Shown piece by piece: positions 34,241-44,825 of a stretch of DNA of 64,000 bases (its first letter is position 1; each line of letters starts with the position of its first letter). Source of the DNA: Macrostomum lignano (taxonomy: Eukaryota); assembly GCA_002269645.1 (NCBI GenBank), contig NIVC01001828.1, positions 37,397-101,396 on the forward strand, read 5' to 3'. The notes below the pieces were generated by a model. The model searched no databases. It was not told the DNA's origin and worked only from the letters and a program-made list of their open reading frames with translations. A program made the translations under genes and the position numbers.

Positions 34241-35899
34241 ATGAACCTGACGGAGTGGATGGAGGAGCTGAATGTTGTTGATGTGCCGCAGGATCGTAAG
34301 AGTTTCATTCTGGATGGAATCGCCAATGGGTTTCGTATCACTAACGTTCCGGCCAGGAGCATCGAAAGGATCGAAGTTAGCAACTACAACTCTATCAATG
34401 TTCTTATGGAAGCGGTGGAGAAGCAGATCGGCAGAGAGGTTGAGCTGGGCCGTTACCGCCTGTGTCCAAAGGGGCAGCGGCCTGAGATTGTGAGTGCTAT
34501 CGGTGCCCTGCCGAAAGACAACGAACGGGTGCGCCTGATTCACGACTGTAGCCGGCCGGCCAGTGGCTGCGTCAACTCGATGTGGGTCGGTCAGGAGAAG
34601 CTGCGCTTTTCTTGCGCGGAAAACTTTGCCAGGAAGTTGACTAGAGGATGCTGGATGACCAAAGTCGACTTGAGCGAGGCTTATCGTGCGGTTGGTGTGC
34701 ACCCTGACGACTTCAGCCGAACTGGAATCAAGTTTCGCTTTCGGGACTCCAACGCTGCATCCTACATTTACGACACTAGGCTACCCTTTGGGGCGGCAGC
34801 TTCGGTGACGTGCTTTCATCGGCTCAGCGAGGCAATGAAGCTGATGATGGTGCGGAGAGGTTTCATCAAGACTGAGGCGTACTTGGATGACTTTGCATTT
34901 TGTGGTTCGCGAGAGGACTGTCAGAATTTTTTTGACCAGATGACTGACCTCGTGACTCGCTTGGGCTTTACTGTCAACTGGGGCAAGTGTCAGCGGCCCT
35001 CTCAGCGTATGTCCTTCTTGGGTGTCGAGTTTGACACTCTCACTGGGGTGAAGAAACTGTCGGATGAGAAGGTGGAGAAGCTTGTCTGTCTGCTGGAGCT
35101 GGAAGCGGGAAAAACCAGAATTAGTCGGCGGTCATTGCAGCATGTGATTGGTAAGCTCGGTTGGGCGGCGCAGGTTATCTGTTCTGGGCGCACATTCATG
35201 CGGGAGTTGATCGAGTGTTGCAATGCTCTTCGGCCAGGGCAGCGGATGAAAATCGATGAGCGGCTGCGGAGCCTTTTTCAGTGGTGGACTGTTTCGTTGA
35301 AGTCGTGTTGGTGGTCGAAGTTGTGGCCTATGTACGTGAAGGATGTTGCCATCGAGTCGGATGCTTGCGGAAGAGGCGGTGCGGCGGTGCTGCGAATGCC
35401 CAATGGTTGCTGGGACTGGTGCTATGTGGACTGGTTGATGGATGCGGACTCGGCGTTTGTAGAGCTGCCCATCAATTACAAGGAAGCGGTGGCACCGCTG
35501 CTGGGCGTCATCCGCTGGAGGGAGCAGCTGAAGGGCTCCAGGATCAGCATCTATTGCGACAACCAAGCCGCCTGCCACATTATCAACAAGGGCGTGTCAA
35601 AGTGTGCGCCACTTCAGCGGCTGCTGCAGACGGTGGCGCTCATGTGCCTGCGCTATGGGATGAGTGTTCGTGCTTTCCACGTGTCAGGCGAGTTCCAGAT
35701 TTTTGCGGATGCGGCTTCTCGGTTGCATGAGCCTAGCCAGTTGTTAAATTTTTTACTCCGCTGTCATGGTTCTGTGTGCCAGTGGACGCTGGAGACCCTG
35801 CACATGCATGCTTTCTGCCCCGCCACCGCCGCCTCCCTTCATTTACAGGCCGCCAAGCTGCGTCGGACCCTCTTAGCCGCCGCGCCGCCTCGCTGCTGA
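34241..35899 (+). CDS. Retrotransposon reverse transcriptase-RNase H (DIRS type)
   Basis: DLSEAYRAV, RLPFG, YLDD, FLGV (RT); SDACG, INYKE, CDNQA, ADAASR (DIRS-type RNase H). Confidence 0.93.
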   Translation: MNLTEWMEELNVVDVPQDRKSFILDGIANGFRITNVPARSIERIEVSNYNSINVLMEAVEKQIGREVELGRYRLCPKGQRPEIVSAIGALPKDNERVRLIHDCSRPASGCVNSMWVGQEKLRFSCAENFARKLTRGCWMTKVDLSEAYRAVGVHPDDFSRTGIKFRFRDSNAASYIYDTRLPFGAAASVTCFHRLSEAMKLMMVRRGFIKTEAYLDDFAFCGSREDCQNFFDQMTDLVTRLGFTVNWGKCQRPSQRMSFLGVEFDTLTGVKKLSDEKVEKLVCLLELEAGKTRISRRSLQHVIGKLGWAAQVICSGRTFMRELIECCNALRPGQRMKIDERLRSLFQWWTVSLKSCWWSKLWPMYVKDVAIESDACGRGGAAVLRMPNGCWDWCYVDWLMDADSAFVELPINYKEAVAPLLGVIRWREQLKGSRISIYCDNQAACHIINKGVSKCAPLQRLLQTVALMCLRYGMSVRAFHVSGEFQIFADAASRLHEPSQLLNFLLRCHGSVCQWTLETLHMHAFCPATAASLHLQAAKLRRTLLAAAPPRC

Positions 35900-36834
35900 G
35901 CGCCTCGTATGCGCCATCATCAAGGAGAACCATCAACAGACACGTTCTGGAGTGGCGTGAGTTCTGCATGCGATCTGGTTGGGACTCGGTCCACTGCCCT
36001 GTGGTAGCATTGCTCAACTATCTGGCTGACCTTGTGGGCACCCGGATGCGCTCCTACAGTGGTGCTTCCTCGGTGGCCAGCTCCCTGTCGCTCTGGTTCC
36101 GGGTCAACTCTGCGCCAGACCTGACCAAGCATGCTGCCACGACACTGCTTCTACGGGGCGCCAAGCGCGAGTTGGGACTGCGAGCCACCAGGAAGCGGCC
36201 GGTGTCCCCCTTCATGCTGGTAGAGCTGCAGCGCCAGGTCGACGGGGCTTGCCGGTTTCAGCTGGCTTGCTGGACGGCAGTCATCTGCTGCTGGTGGGGT
36301 ATGCTCCGCAAGTCTAGCCTGCTCCCCCGCACAGCTAAGGGTCCGGCACTCATGCAGCGCTCCAACCTGCAGAGTCACCCAAGGGGTCTTGCCCTGCGCT
36401 GCTGTTACGGGAAGACCATCCAATTTAAGGAGCGCGTGCATCTGGTCCTTCTCCCAAGACTGGCTCGGCGGTTGGCACTGTGCCCTGTCGCTGCCCTCGA
36501 GCGACACATCCGCGAGAATCGGCTGGTGTCGGCTGATCAGCCCCTCTGGTCGTTCTGCGATGCCCGGGGCAACCGGCGTTTGCTGACAGGCCCGCAGCTG
36601 GACCGTTTTCTCAGCAGCAAGCTGGTCGCGGCTGGTTTCAAACGCGAGTTTTTCTCTGCCCACAGCCTGCGGCGAGGAGGTGCGACCTGGGCGTCGGCGC
36701 TGGGTCTGCCCGTATCGGATGTGATGCGCATCGGGGACTGGAGAAGCAGCGCGGTGCAGCGGTATCTGCCGCAGTTTCGTCAGGCGGCGGCGGCGTCTGT
36801 TTCCTTTGCTCGGGGGGTCTGTGCCTTGTTTTAG
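35776..36834 (+). CDS. Tyrosine recombinase of the retrotransposon (true start uncertain)
   Basis: Catalytic signature R (GMLRKSSL), K (GKT), HxxR (HSLRRGG), W (GDW), Y (VQRY). Confidence 0.92.
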   Translation: MPVDAGDPAHACFLPRHRRLPSFTGRQAASDPLSRRAASLLSASYAPSSRRTINRHVLEWREFCMRSGWDSVHCPVVALLNYLADLVGTRMRSYSGASSVASSLSLWFRVNSAPDLTKHAATTLLLRGAKRELGLRATRKRPVSPFMLVELQRQVDGACRFQLACWTAVICCWWGMLRKSSLLPRTAKGPALMQRSNLQSHPRGLALRCCYGKTIQFKERVHLVLLPRLARRLALCPVAALERHIRENRLVSADQPLWSFCDARGNRRLLTGPQLDRFLSSKLVAAGFKREFFSAHSLRRGGATWASALGLPVSDVMRIGDWRSSAVQRYLPQFRQAAAASVSFARGVCALF

Positions 36835-38674
36835 CGGCGTTTCCTTGCGTTTTTTTTGCGTTCTTCTGCGTCTCCTGCTAACGTTGCTGGTTTTATTAAT
36901 CCTTTCTCCCTTTTTTTTGTTTTCTTGTTGTATTGGCTTTGGAGGCTGTGGCTTCGCCTCCGTGTTCTCGCCAACCTCGGTGTTCCTCTGTTTCTCTGGG
37001 TTCCTTCCGGGCCGGGTACTAATGCCTTGGTTTGCTCTGAGGCGTGCCTTTGAGCAGACCAGCTTTAGTACCCCCGGGGGGTTGGTTTTGGGCCTTTGTG
37101 CGTGCGTGGGGTTGGCGTGGGGGGGTTGTGCGTTGTGTGTCTCTACCCTCCTTTGTGCAGCGGCCCTCCCCCCTCCGCCTGCTGAGGGTTTTTAATGCCC
37201 CGTTTTCTCTGGAGCTCCTGCGTTCTCGCTCTCGCTAAATTTTTTTTTATTCTTCTTCTTTTAAAAATTTTCTTCGGTTTTTATTCGGCATTACAAGCAT
37301 TACAAATATACAAGCATTCGAGTCTTGTTGGAGGCTGTGGCTTCGCCTCCGTGTTCTCGCCAACCTCGGTGTTCCTCTGTTTCTCTGGGTTCCTTCCGGG
37401 CCGGGTACTAAGGAACTTTCCGGACATTTCTGCGCATGACGGACAAAAAAAGTGTTCAGCCACGTCCCTCTCTATTGGTTTCTGTCGACGCAGCTTCGGA
37501 GATGAAGCATACAGCCTGAAGCAGGCAGAGCTGCGCAAATATTTCCCGGCAGCCGGGGCTTTAGAGGCTTTGATCTGCTTCAGACGGCAGACAGCAGTCA
37601 CTCTGGTGTGTGCAACATGCGGCCGAGCCCGCCTCCAGAGTGCAACACATCGCTGGGGGGGGGGCGCACTTTGCTATCTCCTCCCGCTTTTTCTATCTTC
37701 GAGATTCAAGCGTACACGATGAACTTCATAGCATCCCGCCTGCTGCCCTATCCCGCTCTGTCGCTTTGAACGCGTTGGTTACGAAAGACTGCGCTGCTCT
37801 GGGATCTGCTGCTGCTTGCATGGCTTAGGCCGGGATGGAGGGAGGCTGCAGGAGGGGGGAAAGATGATGAAGCAGCTGGCTTGGCCAAGATAGGAGCCTG
37901 GATTTCACTTAGATAATACTACTGCAAGTTTTTGAACGCGCGGAACTGAAAGTAGCGGAGCTTTGTGGCAACCGAGAAAGCGAGAAGTTTTTATCGCACG
38001 ATTCTGGTAAGCCTGATTGAATCTGGTTGACACAATCCCAGTCCTAATTCTCACAATCAGTCAGGCCCGTTTCCACTGACCTCTCTACGCAGGGCCGCAC
38101 TCACACGGGGTGTACAGCGTCTCTGACCTTGTCAGTGTCTCTTTATTAAAGACATGCTTGCCAAGCATTTATGCACAGTTAAAATGAGCGTGACGATTGT
38201 GTAGAATATGAGTTTGATTGGCAACAGCCATTAATTATCATAGTTTCTACCTACACTTGTGTGTCTATTTTTACTCTTTAGTTTTGCTTTCATTCTTCCC
38301 CTTCCCCGCGCTACTCAAATTTGACTTCAGCGGGGCGCACAAGTGCTCACGGGCATGTTGCCAGTGGCAACAGCTGTGCTGCGGAAAGACAATCAAAATT
38401 GCGGGGAGGGGGAGGAAAAAAACTGCTCAAGAGCAAACCCTCCTAGAGGTGATCTATAAGCAGACTGGGTCTCATGGCAGCTTGTGTTGGTTTCAATGGC
38501 CAGAACGATCAATATTAATAAAACCTCTGAGCAGTCTGAAAATCCCGATTCGCCATCCACCACTTTACTGAGTCCTATTTGGACTACGAAGTAGAAACAG
38601 CGTAGACTGTCTGATTTGCTAAAACAGGCTCGCATAATTCCAGGGGCAAACAGTCAATATCCTGGGCGGAAACC

Positions 38675-41221
38675 ATGAAGATCAACCAGAATCTGATGGA
38701 CGCGCTCAAAATTAGCGACGAGGAGCTGGAAGGTGAGAGTTTTGGCTGATTTATTCAAGGTGCTCGTAATGTTGTGAGAAATGAAACTCGAATTTCAGAG
38801 CTCAAAGAGGCGTTTGCAATTTTCGACCAAGACAAGTCGGGCTTCATTGAGCCGCAAGAGCTGCGCCACATCCTGCAAGTGCTGGGCCAGAATCCCACCA
38901 AGGCCGAGATTGACAGCATCATAGCCGAAGCAGATGTCATTGGTGAGAGCCTGTTTTTTGAGTTCGTGACTGTCTGAGGTTAGCTAGTTCGTCGAGGGGG
39001 GGGGGCGCAAATTCCAGCTGACCCCCGAGCATGCACGCACACGGGATATGTACACAGGCACACGCTCACAGAGGGTGTACAGCAGCGGCCCCGACTTTCC
39101 TTGTGCTTTTGGGGTTGGCTTTCATAGGCCATGAATCCCACGACAAACCCCAGGCTAATTTTCGTGCACGAATCCCAAATTAATGTGGGTTCAACCGTGT
39201 TATCGTTGAGCTGCTCTACTCCTGGTCACCCTAAACCCCACACTAAACACCCACAAAAACGCAGTTATTGACGGCAAGATCGACTTTAATGAGTTCGCGC
39301 GAATTATGAAGAGCAACTACAAATTCAAGTCGGCCAGCGAGATGGACAATGAGCTCATGTCAGCGTTTCAGGTTGGTGCTACTTCTACTTGAGTGTCGTT
39401 AAGACCGTCAAATATGTTAGGAACGTAAAATACAAGGACCCTTAACTTACCGATTTCTTAAAAATAGCAAATCTCTACTGTCTCAACTAGGTATTTGATC
39501 GCGACAGCAACGGCTACATCAGCCGGCAGGAGCTGGAGTTTGTGCTCACCTCAATCGGGGAGCGACTCACTAGCGAGGAGGTGGACGAGATGTTTCGCTT
39601 TGCTGATACAAACGAGGATGGAAGGATCAGTTATAAAGGTGATTATGTCTACCGTAGATGCTAGTACCAACAATCCCACAATGTCTAGAAGCCAGTCCCA
39701 ACAGCCCACAATGTCTAGAAGCCAGTCCCATCAAGCCCACAATGTCTAGATGCCAGTCTCAGCAATCACACAATGTATAGATGCCAGTCCCAACAGCCCA
39801 CAATGTCTAGAAGCCAGTCCCAACAGCCCACAATGTCTAGATGCCAGTCCCAACAGCCCACAATGTCTAGAAGCCAGTCCCAACAGCCCACAATATCTAG
39901 AATCCAGTCCCAACAGCCCACAATGTCTAGATGCCAGTCCCAAAGACTCCACAATGTCTAGATGCCAGTCCCAACAATCCCACAATGTATAAATTCCAGT
40001 CCCACAAGCCCACAATGTCTAGATGCCAGTTTCAGCAATCACACAATGTATAGATTCCAGTCCTAACAGCCTCTCAATGTCTAGATGTCAGTCCCAAGGA
40101 CTCCACAATGTCTAGAAGCCAGTCTCAACAGCCCACAATGTCTAGAAGCCAGTCCCAACAGCCCACAATGTCTAGAAGCCAGTCCCAACAGCCCACAATG
40201 TCTAGAAGCCAGTCCCAACAGCCCACAATATCTAGAATCCAGTCCCAACAGCCCACAATGTCTAGATGCCAGTCCCAAAGACTCCACAATGTCTAGATGC
40301 CAGTTCCAGCAATCACACAATGTCTAGATGCCAGTTCCAGCAATCACACAATGTCTAGATGCCAGTTCCAGCAATCACACAATGTATAAATTCCAGTCCT
40401 AACAGCCTCTCAATGTCTAGATGCCAGTCCCAAGGACTCCACAGTGTCTAGATGCCAGTTCCAACAATCCCACAATGTATAGATTCCAGTCCCAACAAGC
40501 CCACAATGTCTAGATGCCAGTCTCAGCAATCACACAATGTATAGATTCCAGTCCTAACAGCCCCTCAATGTCTAGATGCCAGTCCCAAGGACTCCACAAT
40601 GTCTAGATGCCAGTCCCAACAGCCCACAATGTCTAGATGCCAGTCCCAACAGCCCACAATGTCTAGAAGCCAGTCCCAACAGCCCACAATATCTAGAATC
40701 CAGTCCCAACAGCCCACAATGTCTAGATGCCAGTCCCAAAGACTCCACAATGTCTAGATGCCAGTCCCAACAATCCCACAATGTATAGATTCCAGTCCCA
40801 ACAAGCCCACAATGTCTAGATGCCAGTCTCAGCAATCACACAATGTATAGATTCCAGTCCTAACAGCCTCTCAATGTCTAGATGCCAGTCCCAAGGACTC
40901 CACAATGTCTATATGCTAGTTCCAACAATCCCACAATGTATAGATTCCAGTCCCAACAAGCCCACAATGTCTAGATGCCAGTCTCAGCAATCACACAATG
41001 TATAGATTCCAGTCCTAACAGCCCCTCAATGTCTAGATGCCAGTCCCAAGGACTCCACAATGTCTAGATGCCAGTCCCAACAAGCCCACAATGTCTAGAT
41101 GCCAGTCCCAACAATCCCAAAATGTCTAGCTAGAATGCCTAGCATGAATAGATGCTGCTCAACCACCATTGCAGAATTCGTGGTACTTTTCAACCACTCG
41201 TTCAAGGGCAGCTTCGCTTGA
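38675..41221 (+). CDS. Calmodulin-like EF-hand protein (167 aa, 5 exons)
   Basis: Exons 38675-38732, 38799-38942, 39265-39371, 39491-39638 and 41175-41221 are all GT-AG, phase-consistent and total 504 nt. Loops: [12 protein letters not shown], degenerate [37 protein letters not shown]. Confidence 0.9.
39655..41130. repeat. 30-bp minisatellite (cccacaatgtctagatgccagtcccaacag) with higher-order blocks, filling intron 4 of the CaM-like gene
   Basis: 10-aa period in the spurious ORFs; the variant atatctagaatcc recurs near 39893, 40228 and 40690. Confidence 0.95.
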
Positions 41222-42109
41222 AATTCTTCCGTCTTAGAGCACCGACATGCAAATCTGAATTGACGATAATAGCTCCGCCGTGCTTCTAAACATAATTTGA
41301 ACTCAATATTTGCATGCCTATTTACTATTATTGTCTAGCTTACATGATCTTTCTTTGTAAAAGCTATCCTGACCATTTGGCATCGACAATGCGCTAAATT
41401 AGTGCTCTTAAATCTGCTTATATATAAAAAATTCTAGGTAAAAGTACCATCACAGACTGATAGTCGATTGACAGCTAAATACTGTAATATTTCAGAATTT
41501 TTGTTTGCTCTACAGAAAATAAATTAAATAAACAAGGGAAATTAACCTTCATGATGAAGTTTCATAACATAATATTCTATTATCTGCACTTTGTGAATCA
41601 CAGTTGAGTAATAAACATATGATTAGTGTTGCAATCTATTTTAATTATTATATATTAAATTATTAAATAAATTCGCTCTTGTCTCGGGCAAAGGAAAAGA
41701 TTGGGTTGGATACAAAAAAACCTATGTGCACTACTGCCCTGAAAACACTAGTAGTATTAATATAAATGAATTTAACTAGTAAAGCTAGGCGACAATGCCC
41801 TAATGGTTTATTAATAATATAATAAATTAAACAGCGCACAACAGCAAAATCAGCTTGCAGGCTAGCACAAATTATTCAAAAAAATATGAGAGAATTGTAA
41901 ATTACTATTTACCAACAGCAGAAAGCATTTTCCGCCCTGAAGACATGGACCCTATAAACTTGTACCTGTGCTTATACGCCACTTACAAACTCGGTACTAA
42001 TATACTCGTAGAATACACAAGAAATGGTTGCCATTGCCACTGTATTGTATACTGACTCCTGTGCCAGTATATACTGTTATAACAGAACTGCTTTGATATT
42101 TTTAGCTGT

Positions 42110-43686
42110 CTTTAATCTTATCATGATCTGTCTGTCTAGGCGCTAGACCTCAGTCTGGTCTAATCTCATCATGATCTATCTGTCTAGGCGCTAGATTTCA
42201 GTCTGGTCTAATCTCATCTTGATATGTCTAGGCGCCAGATCTCAGTCTGGTCTAATCTCATTATGATCTATCCGTCTAGGCGCTAGATCTCAGTCTGATC
42301 TTATCTCATCATGATCTGTCTAGGCGCTAGATCTCAGTCTGGTCTAATCTCATCATGATCTATCTGTCTAGGCGCTAGATCTCAGTCTGGTCTAATCTCA
42401 TCATGATCTATCTATCTAGGCGCTAGATCTCAGTCTGATCTTATCTCATCATGATCTGTCTAGGCGCCAGATCTCAGTCTGGTCTAATCTCATTATGATC
42501 TATCCGTCTAGGCGCTAGATCTCAGTCTGATCTAATCTCATCATGACCTATCTGTCTAGGCGCTAGATCTCAGTCTGGTCTAATCTCATCATGATCTGTC
42601 TAGGCGCCAGATCTCAGTCTGGTCTAATCTCATTATGATCTATCCGTCTAGGCGCTAGATCTCAGTCTGATCTAATCTCATCATGACCTATCTGTCTAGG
42701 CGCTAGATCTCAGTCTGGTCTAATCTCATCATGATCTGTCTAGGCGCCAGATCTCAGTCTGGTCTAATCTCATTATGATCTATCCGTCTAGGCGCTAGAT
42801 CTCAGTCTGATCTAATCTCATCATGACCTATCTGTCTAGGCGCTAGATCTCAGTCTGGTCTAATCTCATCATGATCTGTCTAGGCGCCAGATCTCAGTCT
42901 GGTCTTATCTCATCATGATCTGTCTAGGCGCTAGATCTCAGTCTGATCTAATCTTATCATGACCTATCTGTCTAGGCGCTAGATCTCAGTCTGGTCTAAT
43001 CTCATCATGATCTGTCTAGGCGCTAGATCTCAGTCTGGTCTAATCTCATTATGATCTATCCGTCTAGGCGCTAGATCTCAGTCTGATCTAATCTCATCAT
43101 GACCTATCTGTCTAGGCGCCAGATCTCAGTCTGGTCTAATCTCATTATGATCTATCCGTCTAGGCGCTAGATCTCAGTCTGATCTAATCTCATCATGACC
43201 TATCTGTCTAGGCGCTAGATCTCAGTCTGGTCTAATCTCATCATGATCTGTCTAGGCGCCAGATCTCAGTCTGGTCTTATCTCATCATGATCTGTCTAGG
43301 CGCTAGATCTCAGTCTGGTCTAATCTCATCATGATCTGTCTAGGCGCTAGATCTCAGTCTGGTCTAATCTCATCATGATCTGTCTAGGCGCTAGATCTCA
43401 GTCTGGTCTAATCTCATCATGATCTATCTGTCTAGGCGCTAGATCTCAGTCTGGTCTAATCTCATCATGATCTGTCTAGGCGCCAGATCTCAGTCTGGTC
43501 TAATCTCATCATGATCTATCTATCTAGGCGCTAGATCTCAGTCTGGTCTAATCTCATCATGATCTATCTGTCTAGGCGCTAGATCTCAGTCTGGTCTAAT
43601 CTCATCATGATCTATCTATCTAGGCGCTAGATCTCAGTCTGGTCTAATCTCATCATGATCTATCTGTCTAGGCGCTAGATCTCAGT
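42110..43686. repeat. 44/48-bp minisatellite with a 140-bp higher-order trimer
   Basis: ggtctaatctcattatgatc at 42481, 42621 and 42761. Confidence 0.95.
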
Positions 43687-44184
43687 TAAATATAATAATC
43701 TAGCTAAGTATTTCAGTTTACTTGGGCACTAATCTAATCTCACTAAAGCCTAGTCTCCAATTGACCTTGATCTGAATAGCATCGAATACCAGAACAACAC
43801 ACTGAGAAACTGCCATTGAATTCACAATCATAGCTCGTAGTACATACAATAAGTAAAACGGAAAACAAAAGTGACCAGTCCGAAGAAGAATGACGGTAAC
43901 AAAAAATGTATATGAGAAACAATGAGAACGCATTCGGGAGCTAAAAATAAGATTATAGAATTACAGGCATAAATGAGAGGAAAGTGTCAAGTCGCAGCGG
44001 TTAGTGCATAATCAGGGTAGCCATTATCATATATCTGCATCTGGGATGTATCAATAGAAATATATATATAGTAATATATGCATCTGTAAAACACATGGTT
44101 GCGAGTGTAATATACTATATAAGAGAGAAACGGAAAGAACAACATTGAAAAAGTTATGTGCAATAATATTATGCCTGGAAAGAG

Positions 44185-44580
44185 CCGCATCTCCGCGCTA
44201 AATTCAATAACTCGAATGGGGGCATAAAATCAGATCTTATTGGGGGCGCCATTTCCGCGCTAAAATCAGATCTTATTGAGGAAGCCATTGCGGCGCTAAA
44301 TTCAATTTTATTGGAGGCGCCATTCCGGCGCTAAACACAATCTCGTTAAAGGCGCCATTTCCACGCCAAGTTCAATCTTATTGGGAGTGCCATTTCTAAG
44401 CTAAGTTCAGTATTATTGGAGGCGCCATTTCCGCGCTAATTTGGACCTTATTGTGAGCGCCATTTCGGCGCTAAATTAAATCTTATTTGGGCGCTTTTTC
44501 CGCGATATTTGGGGTCTCATAGAGGGCGCCATTTCCGCGCTAAATAGGGTCTGATTAAGGCGCTACTTCCGCGCCAAACA
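44185..44580. repeat. Degenerate ~40-bp tandem array (ggcgccatttccgcgctaaa...cttattg), ~10 copies
   Basis: Recurrent core ggcgccatttccgcgctaaa with diverged spacers. Confidence 0.8.
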
Positions 44581-44825
44581 AGATGTCAGTAGGGCATTTT
44601 AAAAACAGATTCGGCGCACCACAACACGGGCGCTTAACACAGCGCATGTTGCGCAACAAATGGGGTCCACCGAAAGGTAAAAAATATAGACAGAAAAAAA
44701 TCAAAGTTCGCGCGGCCTAGCTCTGTCGTTGAGCAACTACTACTAAGTAGGTTAGTACGAATCAATGTAAATAATAATATACCGTCTACTGCGACTAGAG
44801 AATCGACGCATAGAAATCTGATGAT

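Larger units (their letters stand above)
33032..37411 (+). mobile_element. Ngaro-like tyrosine-recombinase (DIRS order) retrotransposon, apparently intact
   Basis: Split direct repeats: A1 33032-33102 = A2 37023-37093, and B1 36939-37022 = B2 37328-37411, each pair identical. Gag, RT/RNase H and YR ORFs are uninterrupted; no TSD. Ngaro rather than PAT is inferred from the gag CCCH finger and the lack of a methyltransferase domain. Confidence 0.9.

Noticed and set aside
37094-37229. The A2-specific 136 bp as an antisense GC-AG intron
   Set aside because: The minus-strand ends read GC...AG, but the donor exon side is poor and the acceptor has no polypyrimidine tract; a microhomology deletion is simpler.
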